The notes under the pieces are model-generated. The model ran no database searches. It was not told the DNA's origin and saw only the letters and a program-made list of their open reading frames with translations. From Mobula hypostoma (lineage: Eukaryota), in the NCBI RefSeq assembly GCF_963921235.1, contig NC_086108.1, forward strand, positions 39,496,001 through 39,560,000: a stretch of 64,000 nt of DNA, written 5' to 3'. The position numbers and the translations under genes are program-made. Shown here piece by piece: positions 1 through 15,000 of this stretch (positions within the stretch are counted from its first letter, which is position 1; every line of letters begins with the position of its first letter).

Positions 1-3000
1 GTGAGTACTGGAGGGGAATCGGTGAATATTGGAGGGGAATTGGGGAGTACAGGAGGAGAGTGGGTGAGTGCAGGAGGGGAATGGGTGAATTCAGGAGGGG
101 AGTGGGTGAATACAGGAGGGGACTGGGTGAGTACAGGAGGAGAGTGGGTGAGTACAGGAGGGAGTGGGTGAATACAGAAGGGGAGTGGGTGAGTCCAGAA
201 GGGAGTGGGTGAATACAGATGGGGTAGAGGGTGAGTACAGGAGGGGAATGTGTGAATACAGAAGGGGAGTGGGTGAGTACTGCAGGGGAGTGGGTTAGTA
301 CTGGAGGTGAATGGGCGAATACTGGAGGGGAATGGGTGAATACAGGAGGGGAATCGGTGACTAGGAAGGGCAGTGAGTGAGTACAGGAGGGGAATGGGTG
401 AGTACAGGAGGGGAATGGTTGAATACAGTAGGGTAGTGGGTGAGTACAGGACGGGAATGAGTGAGTGCAGGAGGGGAATGGGTGAATACAGAGGGGAATA
501 GGTGAGAACAGGAGGGGAATGGGTGAGTACTGGTGGGGAGTGGGTGAGTACAGGAGGGGATGGGTGAGTACAGGAGGGGAGCGAGTGAGTACAGGAGGGG
601 AGTGGGTGTATACAGGATGGGAATGAGTGAGTACGGGAGGGGAATGGGTGAGTACTGGATGGGAGTGGGTGAATACAGGATGGCAATGGGTGAAAACAGG
701 AGGGGAATGCGTGAATGCAGGAGGGGATTGCGTGAATAAAGGAGGGGAGTGGGTGAGTACGGGAGGGGAGTGGGTGCGTACAGGAGGGGAGTGGGTGAGT
801 ACAGGAGGGGTATGGGTGAATACAGGAGGGGAATGGTTGAGTACGGGAGGGGAGTTGGTGAATACAGGAGGGGAGTGGGTGAGTACAGGAGAGGAGTGCG
901 TGAGGACAGGAGGGAGTGGGTGAATACAGAAGGGGAGTGGGTGAGTACAGGAGGGGAATGGGTGACTCCAGAAGGGAGTGGGTGAATACAGAAGGAGGAG
1001 AGGGTGAGTACAGGAGGGGAATGGGTGAATACAGAAGGGCAGTGGGTGAGTACTGGAGGGGAGTGGGTGAGTACTGGAGGGGAATGGGCAAATACTGGAG
1101 GGGAATGGGTGAGTACAGGAGGGGAGTGGGTGAACATAGGAGTGGAGTGGGTGAGTACTGGATGGGAGTGTCTAATTTCAGGAGGGGAATGGGTGAGTAG
1201 GGGAGGGGAATGGGTGACTAGGAAGGGGAGTGGGTGAGTACTGGAGAGGAATGGGTGAGTACAGGAGGGGTATGAGTGAGTGCAGTACGGGAATGGGTGA
1301 ATACAGGAGGGGAATGCGTGAGTACGGGAGGGGAGTGTCTAAGTTCAGCAGGCGAATGGGTGAGTATGGGAGGGGAATGGGTGACTAGGAAGGGGAGTGA
1401 GTGAGTACAGGAGGGGAATGGGTGAGTACAGGAGGGGAATGGGTGAGTTCAGGAGGGGAGTGGGTGAGTATGGGAGGGGAATGTGTGAATACAGGACGGG
1501 AGTGGTTGAATACAGGGGGGGAATGGGTGAGTACAGGAGGGCAATGGGTGAGTACAGGAGGGGAATGGGTGTTTACAGTGTGGGAATAGGTGAGTACGGG
1601 CGGGGAATGGGTGAGTACAGGAGGGGTATGGGTGAATACAGGAGGGGCATGGGTGAGTATGGGAGGGGAGTGGGTGAATACAGGAGGGGAGTGGGGGAGC
1701 ACTGGAGGGGAATGGGTGAATATTGGAGGGGAATGGGTGAGTACAGGAGGAGAGTGGGTGAGTGCAGGAGGGGAATGGGTGAATTCAGGAGGGCAGTGGG
1801 TGAATACAGGAGGGGAGTGGGTGAGTACAGGAGGGAGTGGGTGAATACAGAAGGGGAGTGGGTGAGTCCAGAAGGGAGTGGGTGAATACAGACGGGGTAG
1901 AGGGTGAGTACAGGAGGGGAATGGGTGAGTACAGGAGGGGAATGGTTGAATACAGGAGGGTAGTGGGTGAGTACAGGACGGGAATGAGTGAGTGCAGGAG
2001 GGGAATGGGTGAATACAGAGGGGAATAGGTGAGAACAGGAGGGGAATGGGTGAGTACTGGTGGGGAGTGGGTGAGTATAGGAGGGGATGGGTGAGTACAG
2101 GAGGGGAGCGAGTGAGTACAGGAGGGGAGTGGGTGTATACAGGATGGGAATGAGTGAGTACGGGAGGGGAATGGGTGAGTACTGGATGGGAGTGGGTGAA
2201 TACAGGATGGCAATGGGTGAATACAGGAGGGGAATGCGTGAATGCAGGAGGGGATTGCGTGAATAAAGGAGGGGAGTGGGTGAGTATGGGAGGGGAGTGG
2301 GTGCGTACAGGAGGGGAGTGGGTGAGTACAGGAGGTGTATGGGTGAATACAGGAGGGGAATGGTTGAGTACGGGAGGGGAGTGGGTGAATACAGGTGGGG
2401 AGTGGGTGAGTACAGGAGGGGAGTGCGTGAGGACAGGAGGGAGTGGGTGAATACAGAAGGGGAGTGGGTCAGTACAGGAGGGGAATGGGTGACTCCAGAA
2501 GGGAGTGGGTGAATACAGAAGGGGGAGAGGGTGAGTACAGGAGAGGAATGGGTGAATACAGAAGGGCAGTGGGTGAGTACTTGAGGGGAGTGGGTGAGTA
2601 CTGGAGGGGAATGGGCAAATACTGGAGGGGAGTGGGTGAGTACGGGAGGGGAGTGTGTGCGCACTGGAGGGGAGTGGGTGAGTACAGGAGGGAGTGGGTG
2701 AATACAGAAGGGGAGTGGGTGAGTACAGGAGGGAAATGTGTGAATACAGGAGAGGAATGTGTGAGTACGGGAGGGGAGTAGGTGAATCAAGGAGGGGAGT
2801 GGGTGAGTACAGGAGGGGAGTGGGTGAGTACAGGAGGGAGTGGCTGAATACAGAAGGGGAATGGATGAGTCCAGAAGTGGGTGGGTGAATACAGAAGGGG
2901 AAGAGGGTGAGTACTGGAGGGGAATGGGCAAATACTGGAGGGGAGTGGGTGAGTACGGGAGGGGAGTGGGTGCGTAGAGGAGGGGAGTGGGTGAGTACTG

Positions 3001-6000
3001 GAGGGGTATGGGTGAGTACTGGAGGGGAATCGGTGAATATTGGAGGGGAATTGGTGAGTACAGGAGGAGAGTGGGTGAGTGCAGGAGGGGAATGGGTGAA
3101 TTCAGGAGGGGAGTGGGTGAATACAGGAGGGGAGTGGGTGAGTACAGGAGGGGAGTTGGTGAGTACAGGAGGGAATGGGTGAATACAGAAGGGGAGTGGG
3201 TGAGTACAGGAGGGAAATGTGTGAATACAGGAGAGGAGTGTGTGAGTACGGGAGGGGAGTAGGTGAATCAAGGAGGGGAGTGGGTGAGTACAGGAGGGGA
3301 GTGGGTGAGTACAGGAGGGAGTGGCTGAATACAGAATGGGAATGGGTGAGTCCAGAAGTGGGAGGGTGAATACAGAAGGGGGAGAGGGTGAGTACAGGAG
3401 GGTAATGGGTGAAAACAGGAGGGGAATGCGTGAGTACGGGAGGGGAGTTGGTGAATAAAGGAGGGGAGTGGGTGAGTACAAGAGGGCACTGGGTGAGTAC
3501 AGGAGGGGAATGGGTGAGTCCAGAAGGGAGTGGGTGAATACAGAAGCGGGAGAAGTTGAGTACAGGAGGGGAATGGGTGAATACAGAAGGGGAGTGGGTG
3601 AGTACTGGAGAGGAGTGGGTGAGTACTGGAGGGGAATGGGCGAATACTGGAGGGGAATGGGTGAGAACAGGAGGGTAGTGGGTGAATACACAAGGGGAGT
3701 AGGTGAATACAGGAGGGGAATGGGTGAGTTCAGGAGGGGAGTGGGTGAGTATGGGAGGGGAATGTGTGAATACAGGACGGGAGTGGGTGAATACAGGGGG
3801 GGAATGGGTGAGTACAGGAGGGGAATGGGTGGGTACGGGAGGGGAATGGCTGTTTACAGGATGGGAATAGGTGAGTACGGGAGGGGAATGGGTGAGTACA
3901 GGAGGGGTATGGGTGAATACAGGAGGCGCATGGGTGAGAACGGGAGGGGAGTGGGTGAATACAGGAGGGGAGTGGGTGAGTACTGGAGGGGAGTGGGTGA
4001 GTACAGGAGGGAGTGGGTGTATACAGAAGGGGAGGGGTGAGTCCAGAAGGGAGTGGGTGAATACAGACGAGGTAGAGGGTGAGTACAGGAGGGGAATGGG
4101 TGAATACAGAAGGGGAGTGGGTGAGTACTGCAGGGGAGTGGGTTAGTACTGGAGGTGAATGGGCGAAAACTGGAGGGGAATGGGTGAGTAAAGTAGGGGA
4201 GTGGGTGAACATAGGAGTGGAGTGGGTGAGCACAGGAGTGGAGTGTCTAAGTTCAGGAGGGGAATGGGTGAGTACGGGAGGGGAATGGGTGACTAGGAAG
4301 GGGAGTGAGTGAGTACAGGAGGGGAATGGGTAAGTACAGGAGGGGAATGGTTGAATACAGGAGGGTAGTGAGTGAGTACAGGAGGGGAATGAGTGAGTGC
4401 AGGAGGGGAATGGGTGAATACAGGAGGGGAATAGGTGAGAACAGGAGGGGCATGGGTGAGTACGGGAGGGGAGTGGGTGAGTACAGGAGGGAATGAGTGA
4501 GTACAGGAGGGGAGCGAGTGAGTACAGGAGGGGAGTGGGTGTATACAGGATGGGAATGAGTGGTGCCCGAGGGGAATCGGTGAGTACTGGATGGGAGTGG
4601 GTGAATACAGGAGGGCAATGGGTGAATACAGGAGGGGAATGCGTGAATGCAGGAGGGGATTGCATGAATACAGGAGGGAGTGGGTGAATACAGAAAGGGA
4701 GTGGGTGAGTACAGGAGGGAAATGGGTGAATACAGGAGGGGAATGCGTGAGTACGGGAGGGGAGTGGGTGAATAAAGGAGGGGAGTGGTTGAGTACAGGA
4801 GGTGTATGGGTGAATACAGGAGGGGAATGGTTGAGTACGGGAGGGGAGTTGGTGAATACAGGAGGGGAGTGGGTGAGTACAGGAGAGGAGTGCGTGAGGA
4901 CAGGAGGGAGTGGGTGAATACAGAAGGGGAGTGGGTGAGTACAGGAGCGGAATGGGTGACTCCAGAAGGGAGTGGGTGAATACAGAAGGAGGAGAGGGTG
5001 AGTACAGGAGGGGAATGGGTGAATACAGAAGGGCAGTGGGTGAGTACTGGAGGGGAGTGGGTGAGTACTGGAGGGGAATGGGCAAATACTGGAGGGGAAT
5101 GGGTGAGTACAGGAGGGGAGTGGGTGAACATAGGAGTGGAGTGGGTGAGTACTGGATGGGAGTGTCTAATTTCAGGAGGGGAATGGGTGAGTAGGGGAGG
5201 GGAATGGGTGACTAGGAAGGGGAGTGGGTGAGTACAGGAGGGGAATGGGTGACTAGGAAGGGGAGTGGGTGAGTACAGGAGAGGAATGGGTGAGTACAGG
5301 AGGGGTATGAGTGAGTGCAGGACGGGAATGGGTGAATACAGGAGGGGAATGCGTGAGTACGGGAGGGGAGTGGGTGAATAAAGGAGGGGAGTGGGTGAGT
5401 CCAGAAGGGAGTGGGTGAATACAGAAGGGGGAGAAGGTGAGTACAGGAGGGGAATGGGTGAATACAGAAGGGGAGTGGGTGAGTACTGGAGGGGAGTGGG
5501 TGAGTAAAGTAGGGGAGTGGGTGAACATAGGAGTGCAGTGGGTGAGTACTGGAGGGGAGTGTCTAAGTTCAGCAGGGGAATGAGTGAGTATGGGAGGGGA
5601 ATGGGTGACTAAGAAGGGGAGTGAGTGAGTACAGGAGGGGAATGGGTGAGTACAGGAGGGGAATGAGTGAGTGCAGGAGGGGAATGGGTGAATACAGGAG
5701 GGGAATAGGTGAGAACAGGAGGGGATGGGTGAGTACGGGTGGGGAGTGGGTGAGTACAGGAGGGGATGGGTGAGTACAGGAGGGGAGCGGGTGAGTACAG
5801 GAGGGGAGTGGGTGTATACAGGATGGGAATGAGTGAGTACGGGAGGGGAATGGGTGAGTACTGGATGGGAGTGGGTGAATACAGGAGGGCAATGGGTGAA
5901 TACAGGAGGGGAATGCGTGAATGCAGGGGGGAATGCGTGTATACAGGAGGGGAATAGGTGAATGCAGGAGGGGAGTGGGTGAGTACGGGAGGGTAGTGGG

Positions 6001-9000
6001 TGAGTACAGGAGGGGAATAAGTGAGAACAGGAGGGGAGTGGGTGAGTATGGGAGGGGAATGGGTGAATACAGGAGGGGAGTGGGTGAATATAGCGGGGGA
6101 ATGGGTGAGTACAGGAGGGGAATGGGTGAGTACGGGAGGGGAATGGGTGTTTACAGGATGGGAATGGGTGAGTACAGGAGAAGAGTGGGTGAGTGCAGGA
6201 GGGGAATGGGTGAATTCAGGAGGGGAATGGGTGAGTACGGGAGGGGAGTGGGTGAATACAGGAGGAGAGTGGGTGAGTACTGGAGGGGAATGGGCAAATA
6301 CTGGAGGGGAATGGGTGAGTACAGGAGGGGAGTGGGTGAACATAGGAGTGGAGTGGGTGAGTACTGGATGGGAGTGTCTAATTTCAGGAGGGGAATGGGT
6401 GAGTAGGGGAGGGGAATGGCTGACTAGGAAGGGGAGTGGGTGAGTACAGGAGGGGAATGGGTGACTAGGAAGGGGAGTGGGTGAGTACTGGAGAGGAATG
6501 GGTGAGTACAGGAGGGGTATGAGTGAGTGCAGGACGGGAATGGGTGAATACAGGAGGGGAATGCGTGAGTACGGGAGGGGAGTGGGTGAATAAAGAAGGG
6601 GAGTGGGTGAGTCCAGAAGGGAGTGGGTGAATACAGAAGGGGGAGAAGGTGAGTACAGGAGGGGAATGGGTGGATACAGAAGGGGAGTGGGTGAGTACTG
6701 GAGGGGAGTGGGTGAGTAAAGTAGGGGAGTGGGTGAACATAGGAGTGCAGTGGGTGAGTACTGGAGGGGAGTGTCTAAGTTCAGCAGGGGAATGGGTGAG
6801 TATGGGAGGGGAATGGGTGACTAAGAAGGGGAGTGAGTGAGTACAGGAGGGGAATGGGTGAGTACAGGAGGGGAATGAGTGAGTGCAGGAGGGGAATGGG
6901 TGAATACAGGAGGGGAATAGGTGAGAACAGGAGGGGATGGGTGAGTACGGGTGGGGAGTGGGTGAGTACAGGAGGGGATGGGTGAGTACAGGAGGGGAGC
7001 GGGTGAGTACAGGAGGGGAGTGGGTGTATACAGGATGGGAATGAGTGAGTACGGGAGGGGAATGCGTGAATGCAGGGGGGAATGCGTGAATACAGGAGGG
7101 GAATAGGTGAATGCAGGAGGGGAGTGGGTGAGTACGGGAGGGTAGTGGGTGAGTACAGGAGGGGAATAAGTGAGAACAGGAGGGGAGTGGGTGAGTATGG
7201 GAGGGGAATGGGTGAATACAGGAGGGGAGTGGGTGAATATAGCGGGGGAATGGGTGAGTACAGGAGGGGAATGGGTGAGTACGGGAGGGGAATGGGTGTT
7301 TACAGGATGGGAATGGGTGAGTACAGGAGAAGAGTGGGTGAGTGCAGGAGGGGAATGGGTGAATTCAGGAGGGGAATGGGTGAGTACGGGAGGGGAGTGG
7401 GTGAATACAGGAGGAGAGTGGGTGAGTACTGGAGGGGAATCGGTGAATATTGGAGGGGAATTGGTGAGTACAGGAGGAGAGTGGGTGAGTGCAGGAGGGG
7501 AATGGGTGAATTCAGGAGGGGAGTGGGTGAATACAGGAGGGGACTGGGTGAGTACAGGAGGAGAGTGGGTGAGTACAGGAGGGAGTGGGTGAATACAGAA
7601 GGGGAGTGGGTGAGTCCAGAAGGGAGTGGGTGAATACAGATGGGGTAGAGGGTGAGTACAGGAGGGGAATGTGTGAATACAGAAGGGGAGTGGGTGAGTA
7701 CTGCAGGGGAGTGGGTTAGTACAGGAGGGAGTGGCTGAATACAGAAGGGGAATGGGTGAGTCCAGAAGTGGGTGGGTGAATACAGAAGGGGAAGAGGGTG
7801 AGTACTGGAGGGGAATGGGCAAATACTGGAGGGGAGTGGGTGAGTACGGGAGGGGAGTGGGTGCGTAGAGGAGGGGAGTGGGTGAGTACTGGAGGGGTAT
7901 GGGTGAGTACTGGAGGGGAATCGGTGAATATTGGAGGGGAATTGGTGAGTACAGGAGGAGAGTGGGTGAGTGCAGGAGGGGAATGGGTGAATTCAGGAGG
8001 GGAGTGGGTGAATACAGGAGGGGAGTGGGTGAGTACAGGAGGGGAGTGGGTGAGTACAGGAGGGAGTGGGTGAATACAGAAGGGGAGTGGGTGAGTACAG
8101 GAGGGAAATGTGTGAATACAGGAGAGGAATGTGTGAGTACGGGAGGGGAGTAGGTGAATCAAGGAGGGGAGTGGGTGAGTACAGGAGGGGAGTGGGTGAG
8201 TACAGGAGGGAGTGGCTGAATACAGAAGGGGAATGGGTGAGTCCAGAAGTGGGAGGGTGAATACAGAAGGGGGAGAGGGTGAGTACAGGAGGGTAATGGG
8301 TGAAAACAGGAGGGGAATGCGTGAGTACGGGAGGGGAGTTGGTGAATAAAGGAGGGGAGTGGGTGAGTACAAGAGGGCACTGGGTGAGTACAGGAGGGGA
8401 ATGGGTGAGTCCAGAAGGGAGTGGGTGAATACAGAAGCGGGAGAAGTTGAGTACAGGAGGGGAATGGGTGAATACAGAAGGGGAGTGGGTGAGTACTGGA
8501 GAGGAGTGGGTGAGTACTGGAGGGGAATGGGCAAATACTGGAGGGGAATGGGTGAGAACAGGAGGGTAGTGGGTGAATACACAAGGGGAGTAGGTGAATA
8601 CAGGAGGGGAATGGGTGAGTTCAGGAGGGGAGTGGGTGAGTATGGGAGGGGAATGTGTGAATACAGGACGGGAGTGGGTGAATACAGGGGGGGAATGGGT
8701 GAGTACAGGAGGGGAATGGGTGAGTACGGGAGGGGAATGGCTGTTTACAGGATGGGAATAGGTGAGTACGGGAGGGGAATGGGTGAGTACAGGAGGGGTA
8801 TGGGTGAATACAGGAGGCGCATGGGTGAGAACGGGAGGGGAGTGGGTGAATACAGGAGGGGAGTGGGTGAGTACTGGAGGGGAGTGGGTGAGTACAGGAG
8901 GGAGTGGGTGTATACAGAAGGGGAGGGGTGAGTCCAGAAGGGAGTGGGTGAATACAGACGAGGTAGAGGGTGAGTACAGGAGGGGAATGGGTGCATACAG

Positions 9001-12000
9001 AAGGGGAGTGGGTGAGTACTGCAGGGGAGTGGGTTAGTACTGGAGGTGAATGGGCGAAAACTGGAGGGGAATGGGTGAGTAAAGTAGGGGAGTGGGTGAA
9101 CATAGGAGTGGAGTGGGTGAGCACAGGAGTGGAGTGTCTAAGTTCAGGAGGGGAATGGGTGAGTACGGGAGGGGAATGGGTGACTAGGAAGGGGAGTGAG
9201 TGAGTACAGGAGGGGAATGGGTGAGTACAGGAGGGGAATGGTTGAATACAGGAGGGTAGTGAGTGAGTACAGGAGGGGAATGAGTGAGTGCAGGAGGGGA
9301 ATGGGTGAATACAGGAGGGGAATAGGTGAGAACAGGAGGGGCATGGGTGAGTACGGGAGGGGAGTGGGTGAGTACAGGAGGGAATGGGTGAGTACAGGAG
9401 GGGAGCGAGTGAGTACAGGAGGGGAGTGGGTGTATACAGGATGGGAATGAGTGAGTGCCGGAGGGGAATCGGTGAGTACTGGATGGGAGTGGGTGAATAC
9501 AGGAGGGCAATGGGTGAATACAGGAGGGGAATGCGTGAATGCAGGAGGGGATTGCGTGAATACAGGAGGGGAGTGGCTGAGTACAGCAGCGGAATGGGTG
9601 AGTACAGGAGGGAAATGTGTGAATACAGGAGAGGAATGTGAGAGTACGGGAGGGGAGTGGGTGAATAAAGGAGGGGAGTGGGTGAGTACAGGAGGGGAGT
9701 GGGTGAATACAGGAGGGGCATGGTTGAGTACGGGAGGGGAGTGGGTGAATACAGGAGGGGAGTGGGTGAGTACAGGAGGGGAGTGGGTGAGTACAGGAGG
9801 GAGTGGCTGAATACAGAAGGGGAGTGGATGAGTACAGGAGGGGAATGGGTGAGTCCAGAAGGGAGTGGGTGAATACAGAAGGGGGAGAGGGTGAGTACCG
9901 GAGAGGAATGGGTGAATACAGAAGGGGAGTGGGTGAGTACTGGAGGGGAGTGTGTGAGTACTCAGGGGAATGGGCGAATACTGGAGGGGAATGGGTGAGT
10001 ACAGGAGGGGAGTGGGTGAACATAGGAGTGGAGTGGGTGAGTACTGGATGGGAGTGTCTAACTTCAGGAGGGGAATGGGTGAGTAGGGGAGGGGAATGGG
10101 TGACTAGGAAGGGGAGTGGGTGAGTACAGGAGGGGAATGGGTGACTAGGAAGGGGAGTGGGTGAGTACTGGAGAGGAATGGGTGAGTACAGGAGGGGTAT
10201 GAGTGAGTGCAGGACGGGAATGGGTGAATACAGGAGGGGAATGCGTGAGTACGGGAGGGGAGTGGGTGAATAAAGGAGGGGAGTGGGTGAGTCCAGAAGG
10301 GAGTGGGTGAATACAGAAGGGGGAGAAGGTGAGTACAGGAGGGGAATGGGTGAATACAGAAGGGGAGTGGGTGAGTACTGGAGGGGAGTGGGTGAGTAAA
10401 GTAGGGGAGTGGGTGAACATAGGAGTGCAGTGGGTGAGTACTGGAGGGGAGTGTCTAAGTTCAACAGAGGAATGGGTGAGTACAGGAGGGGAATGGGTGA
10501 CTAGGAAGGGGAGTGGGTGAGTTCAGGAGGGGAATGAGTGACTACAGGAGGGGAATGAGTGAGTGCAGGAGGGGAATGGGTGAATACAGGAGGGGAATAG
10601 GTGAGAACAGGAGGGGAATGGGTGAGTACGGGAGGTGAGTGGGTGAGTACAGGAGGAGATGGGTGAATACAGGAGGGGAGCGGGTGAGTACAGGAGGGGA
10701 GTGGGTGTATACAGGATGGGAATGAGTGAGTACGGGAGGAGAATGGGTGAGTACTGGATGGGAGTGGGTGAATACAGGAGGGCAATGGGTGAATACAGGA
10801 GGGCAATGCGTGAATATAGGAGGCTAGTGGGTGAATACGGGAGGGGAGTGGGTGAGTACAGGAGGGGAGTGGGTGAATACAGGAGGGGAATAGGTGAATG
10901 CAGGAGGGGAGTGGGTGAGTACGGGAGGATAGTGGGTGAGTACAGGAGGGGAATGAGTGAGTACAGGAGGGGAGTGGGTGAGTACAGGAGGGGAGTGGGT
11001 GAGTATGGGAGGGGAATGGGTGAATACAGTAGGGGAGTGGTTGAATACAGGGGGGGAATGGGTGAGTACAGGAGGGAAATGGGTGAGTACGGGAGGGGAA
11101 TGGGTGTTTACAGGATGGGAATAGGTGAGTACGGGAGGGGAATGGCTGAGTACGGGAGGGGAATGGGTGTTTACAGGATGGGAATAGGTGAGTACAGGTG
11201 GGGAGTGGGTGAGTACAGCAGGGGTATGGGTGAATACAGGAGGGGAATGGGTGAGTACAGGAGGAGAGTGGGTGTGTGCAGGAGGGGAATGGGTGAATTC
11301 AGGAGAGGAGTGGGTGAATACAGGAGGGGAGTGGGTGAGTACAGGAGTGGAGTGGGTGAGTACAGGAAGAAGTGGGTGAATACAGAAGGGAAGTGGGTGA
11401 GTACAGGAGGGTAATGGGTGAATACAGGAGGGGAATGCGTGAGTACGGGAGGGGAGTTGGTGAATAAAGGAGGGGAGTGGGTGAGTACAGGAGGGGAATG
11501 GGTGATTCCAGAAGGGAGAGGGTGAATAAAGAAGGGGGAGAGGCTGAGTACAGGAGGGGAATGCGTGAATACAGAAGGGGAGTGGGTGAGTACTGGAGGG
11601 GAGTGGGTTAGTACTGGAGGGGAATGGACGAATACTGGAGGGGAATGGGTGAGTACAGGAGGGGAGTGGGTGAATACAGGATGGGAGTGGGTGAGTACAG
11701 CAGGGGAGTGGGTGAGTACAGGAGGGAGTGGGTGAATACAGAAGGGGAGTGGGTGAATACAGGAGGGGAATGGGTGAGTACAGGAGGGGAATGCGTGAAT
11801 GCAGGGGGGAATGCGTGAATACAGGAGGGGAATAGGTGAATGCAGGAGGGGAGTGGGTGAGTACGGGAGGGTAGTGGGTGAGTACAGGAGAGGAATAAGT
11901 GAGAACAGGAGGGGAGTGGGTGAGTATGGGAGGGGAATGGGTGAATATAGGAGTGGAGTGGGTGAATATAGCGGGGGAATGGGTGAGTACAGGAGGGGAA

Positions 12001-15000
12001 TGGGTGAGTACGGGACGGGAATGGGTGTTTACATGATGGGAATGGGTAGGTACAGGAGAAGAGTGGGTGAGTGCAGGAGGGGAATGGGTGAATTCAGGAG
12101 GGGAATGGGTGAGTACGGGAGGGGAGTGGGTGAATACAGGAGGAGAGTGGGTGAGTACTGGAGGGGAATCGGTGAATATTGGAGGGGAATTGGTGAGTAC
12201 AGGAGGAGAGTGGGTGAGTGCAGGAGGGGAATGGGTGAATTCAGGAGGGGAGTGGGTGAATACAGGAGGGGACTGGGTGAGTACAGGAGGGGAGTGGGTG
12301 AGTACAGGAGGGAGTGGGTGAATACAGAAGGGGAGTGGGTGAGTACTGCAGGGGAGTGGGTTAGTACTGGAGGTGAATGGGCGAATACTGGAGGGGAATG
12401 GGTGAGTACAGGAGGGGAATGGGTGAGTACGGAAGTGTAGTGGGTGAGTACAGGAGGGGAATGAGTGAGTACTGTAGGGGAGTGGGTGAGTATGGGAGGG
12501 GAATGGGTGAATACAGGAGGAGAGTGGGTGAATACAGGGGGGGAATGGGTGAGTACAGGAGGGGAATGGGTGACTAGGAAGGGCAGTGATTGAGTACAGG
12601 AGGGGAATGGGTGAGTACAGGAGGGGAATGGTTGAATACAGGAGGTAGTGGGTGAATACAGAAGGGGAGTGGGTGAGTCCAGAAGGGAGTGGGTGAATAC
12701 AGACGGGGTAGAGGGTGAGTACAGGAGGGGAATGTGTGAATACAGAAGGGGAGTGGGTGAGTACTGCAGGGGAGTGGGTTAGTACTGGAGGTGAATGGGC
12801 GAATACTGGAGGGGAATGGGTGAATACAGGAGGGGAATGGGTGACTAGGAAGGGCAGTGAGTGAGTACAGGAGGGGAATGGGTGAGTACAGGAGGGGAAT
12901 GGTTGAATACAGGAGGGTAGTGGGTGAGTACAGGACGGGAATGAGTGAGTGCAGGAGGGGAATGGGTGAATACAGGAGGGGAATAGGTGAGAACAGGAGG
13001 GGAATGGGTGAGTACGGGTAGGGAGTGGGTGAGTACGGGTAGGGAGTGGGTGAGTGCAGGAGGGGATGGGTGAGTACAGGAGGGGAGCGAGTGAGTACAG
13101 GAGGGGAGTGGGTGTATACAGGATGGGAATGAGTGAGTACGGGAGGGGAATGGGCGAGTACTGGATGGGAGTGGGTGAATACAGGATGGCAATGTGTGAA
13201 TACAGGAGGGGAATGCGTGAATGCAGGAGGGGATTGCGTGAATACAGGAGGGGAGTGGGTGAGTACGGGAGGGGAGTGGGTGCGTACAGGAGGGGAGTGG
13301 GTGAATACAGGAGCGGAACAGGTGAATGCAGGAGGGGAGTGGGTGAGTACGGAAGTGTAGTGGGTGAGTACAGGAGGGGAATGAGTGAGTACTGTAGGGG
13401 AGTGGGTGAGTATGGGAGGGGAATGGGTGAATACAGGAGGAGAGTGGGTGAATACAGGGGGGGAATGGGTGAGTACAGGAGGGGAATGGGTGAGTACGGG
13501 AGGGGAATGGTTATTTACAGGATGGGAATAGGTGAGTACGGGAGGGGAGTGGGTGAATACAGGAGGGGAATGGGTTAATACAGGAGGGGAGTGGGTGAAT
13601 ACAGGAGGGGAGTGGCTGAGTGCAGCAGCGGAGTGGGTGATTACAGGAGGGAGTGGGTGAATACAGAAGGGGAGTGGATGAGTACAGGAGGGAAATGTGT
13701 GAATACAGGAGAGGAATGTGAGAGTACGGAGGGGAGTAGGTGAGTACTGGAGGGGAGTGGGTGAGTACAGGAGGGCGTGGGTGAATACAGAAGGGGAGTG
13801 GGTGAGTACAGGAGGGAAATGGGTGAGTGCAGGAGAGGAATGGGTGAATTCAGGAGGGGAGTGGGTGAGTACTGGAGGGGAGTGGGTGAGTCCAGAAGGG
13901 AGTGGGTGAATACAGAAGGGGGAGAAGGTGAGTACAGGAGGGGAATGGGAGAATACAGAAGGGGAGTGGGTGAGTACTGGAGGGGAGTGGGTGAGTAAAG
14001 TAGGGGAGTGGGTGAACATAGGAGTGCAGTGGGTGAGTACTGGAGGGGAGTGTCTAAGTTCAGCAGGGGAATGGGTGAGTATGGGAGGGGAATGGGTGAC
14101 TAGGAAGGGGAGTGAGTGAGTACAGGAGGGGAATGGGTGAGTACAGGAGGGGAATGGGTGAGTTCAGGAGGGGCGTGGGTGAGTATGGGAGGGGAATGTG
14201 TGAATACAGGACGGGAGTGGGTGAATACAGGGGGGGAATGGGTGAGTACAGGAGGGCAATGGGTGAGGACAGGAGGGGAATGGGTGTTTACAGTATGGGA
14301 AAAGGTGAGTTAGGGCGGGGAATGGGTGAGTACAGGAGGGGTATGGGTGAATACAGGAGGGGAATGGGTGAGTACTGGAGGGGAGTGGGTGAATACAGGA
14401 GGAGAGTGGGGGAGTACTGGAGGGGAATGGGTGAATATTGGAGGGGAATGGGTGAGTACAGGAGGAGAGTGAGTGAGTGCAGGAGGGGAATGGGTGAATT
14501 CAGGAGGGCAGTGGGTGAATACAGGAGGGGAGTGTGTGAGTACAGGAGGGGAGTGGGTGAGTACAGGAGGGAGTGCGTGAATACAGAAGGGGAGTGGGTG
14601 AGTCCAGAAGGGAGTGGGTGAATACCCACGGGGTAGAGGGTGAGTAAAGGAGGGGAATGGGCGAGTACAGGAGGGGAATGGTTGAATACAGGAGGGTAGT
14701 GGGTGAGTACAGGACGGGAATTAGTGAGTGCAGGAGGGGAATGGGTGAATACAGAGGGGAATAGGTGAGAACAGGAGGGGAATGGGTGAGTACTGGTGGG
14801 GAGTGGGTGAGTACAGGAGGGGATGGGTGAGTACAGGAGGGGAGAGAGTGAGTACAGGAGGGGAGTGGGTGTATACAGGATGGGAATGAGTGAGTACGGG
14901 AGGGGAATGGGTGAGTACTGGATGGGAGTGGGTGAATACAGGATGGCAATGGGTGAATACAGGAGGGGAATGCGTGAATGCAGGAGGGGATTGCGTGAAT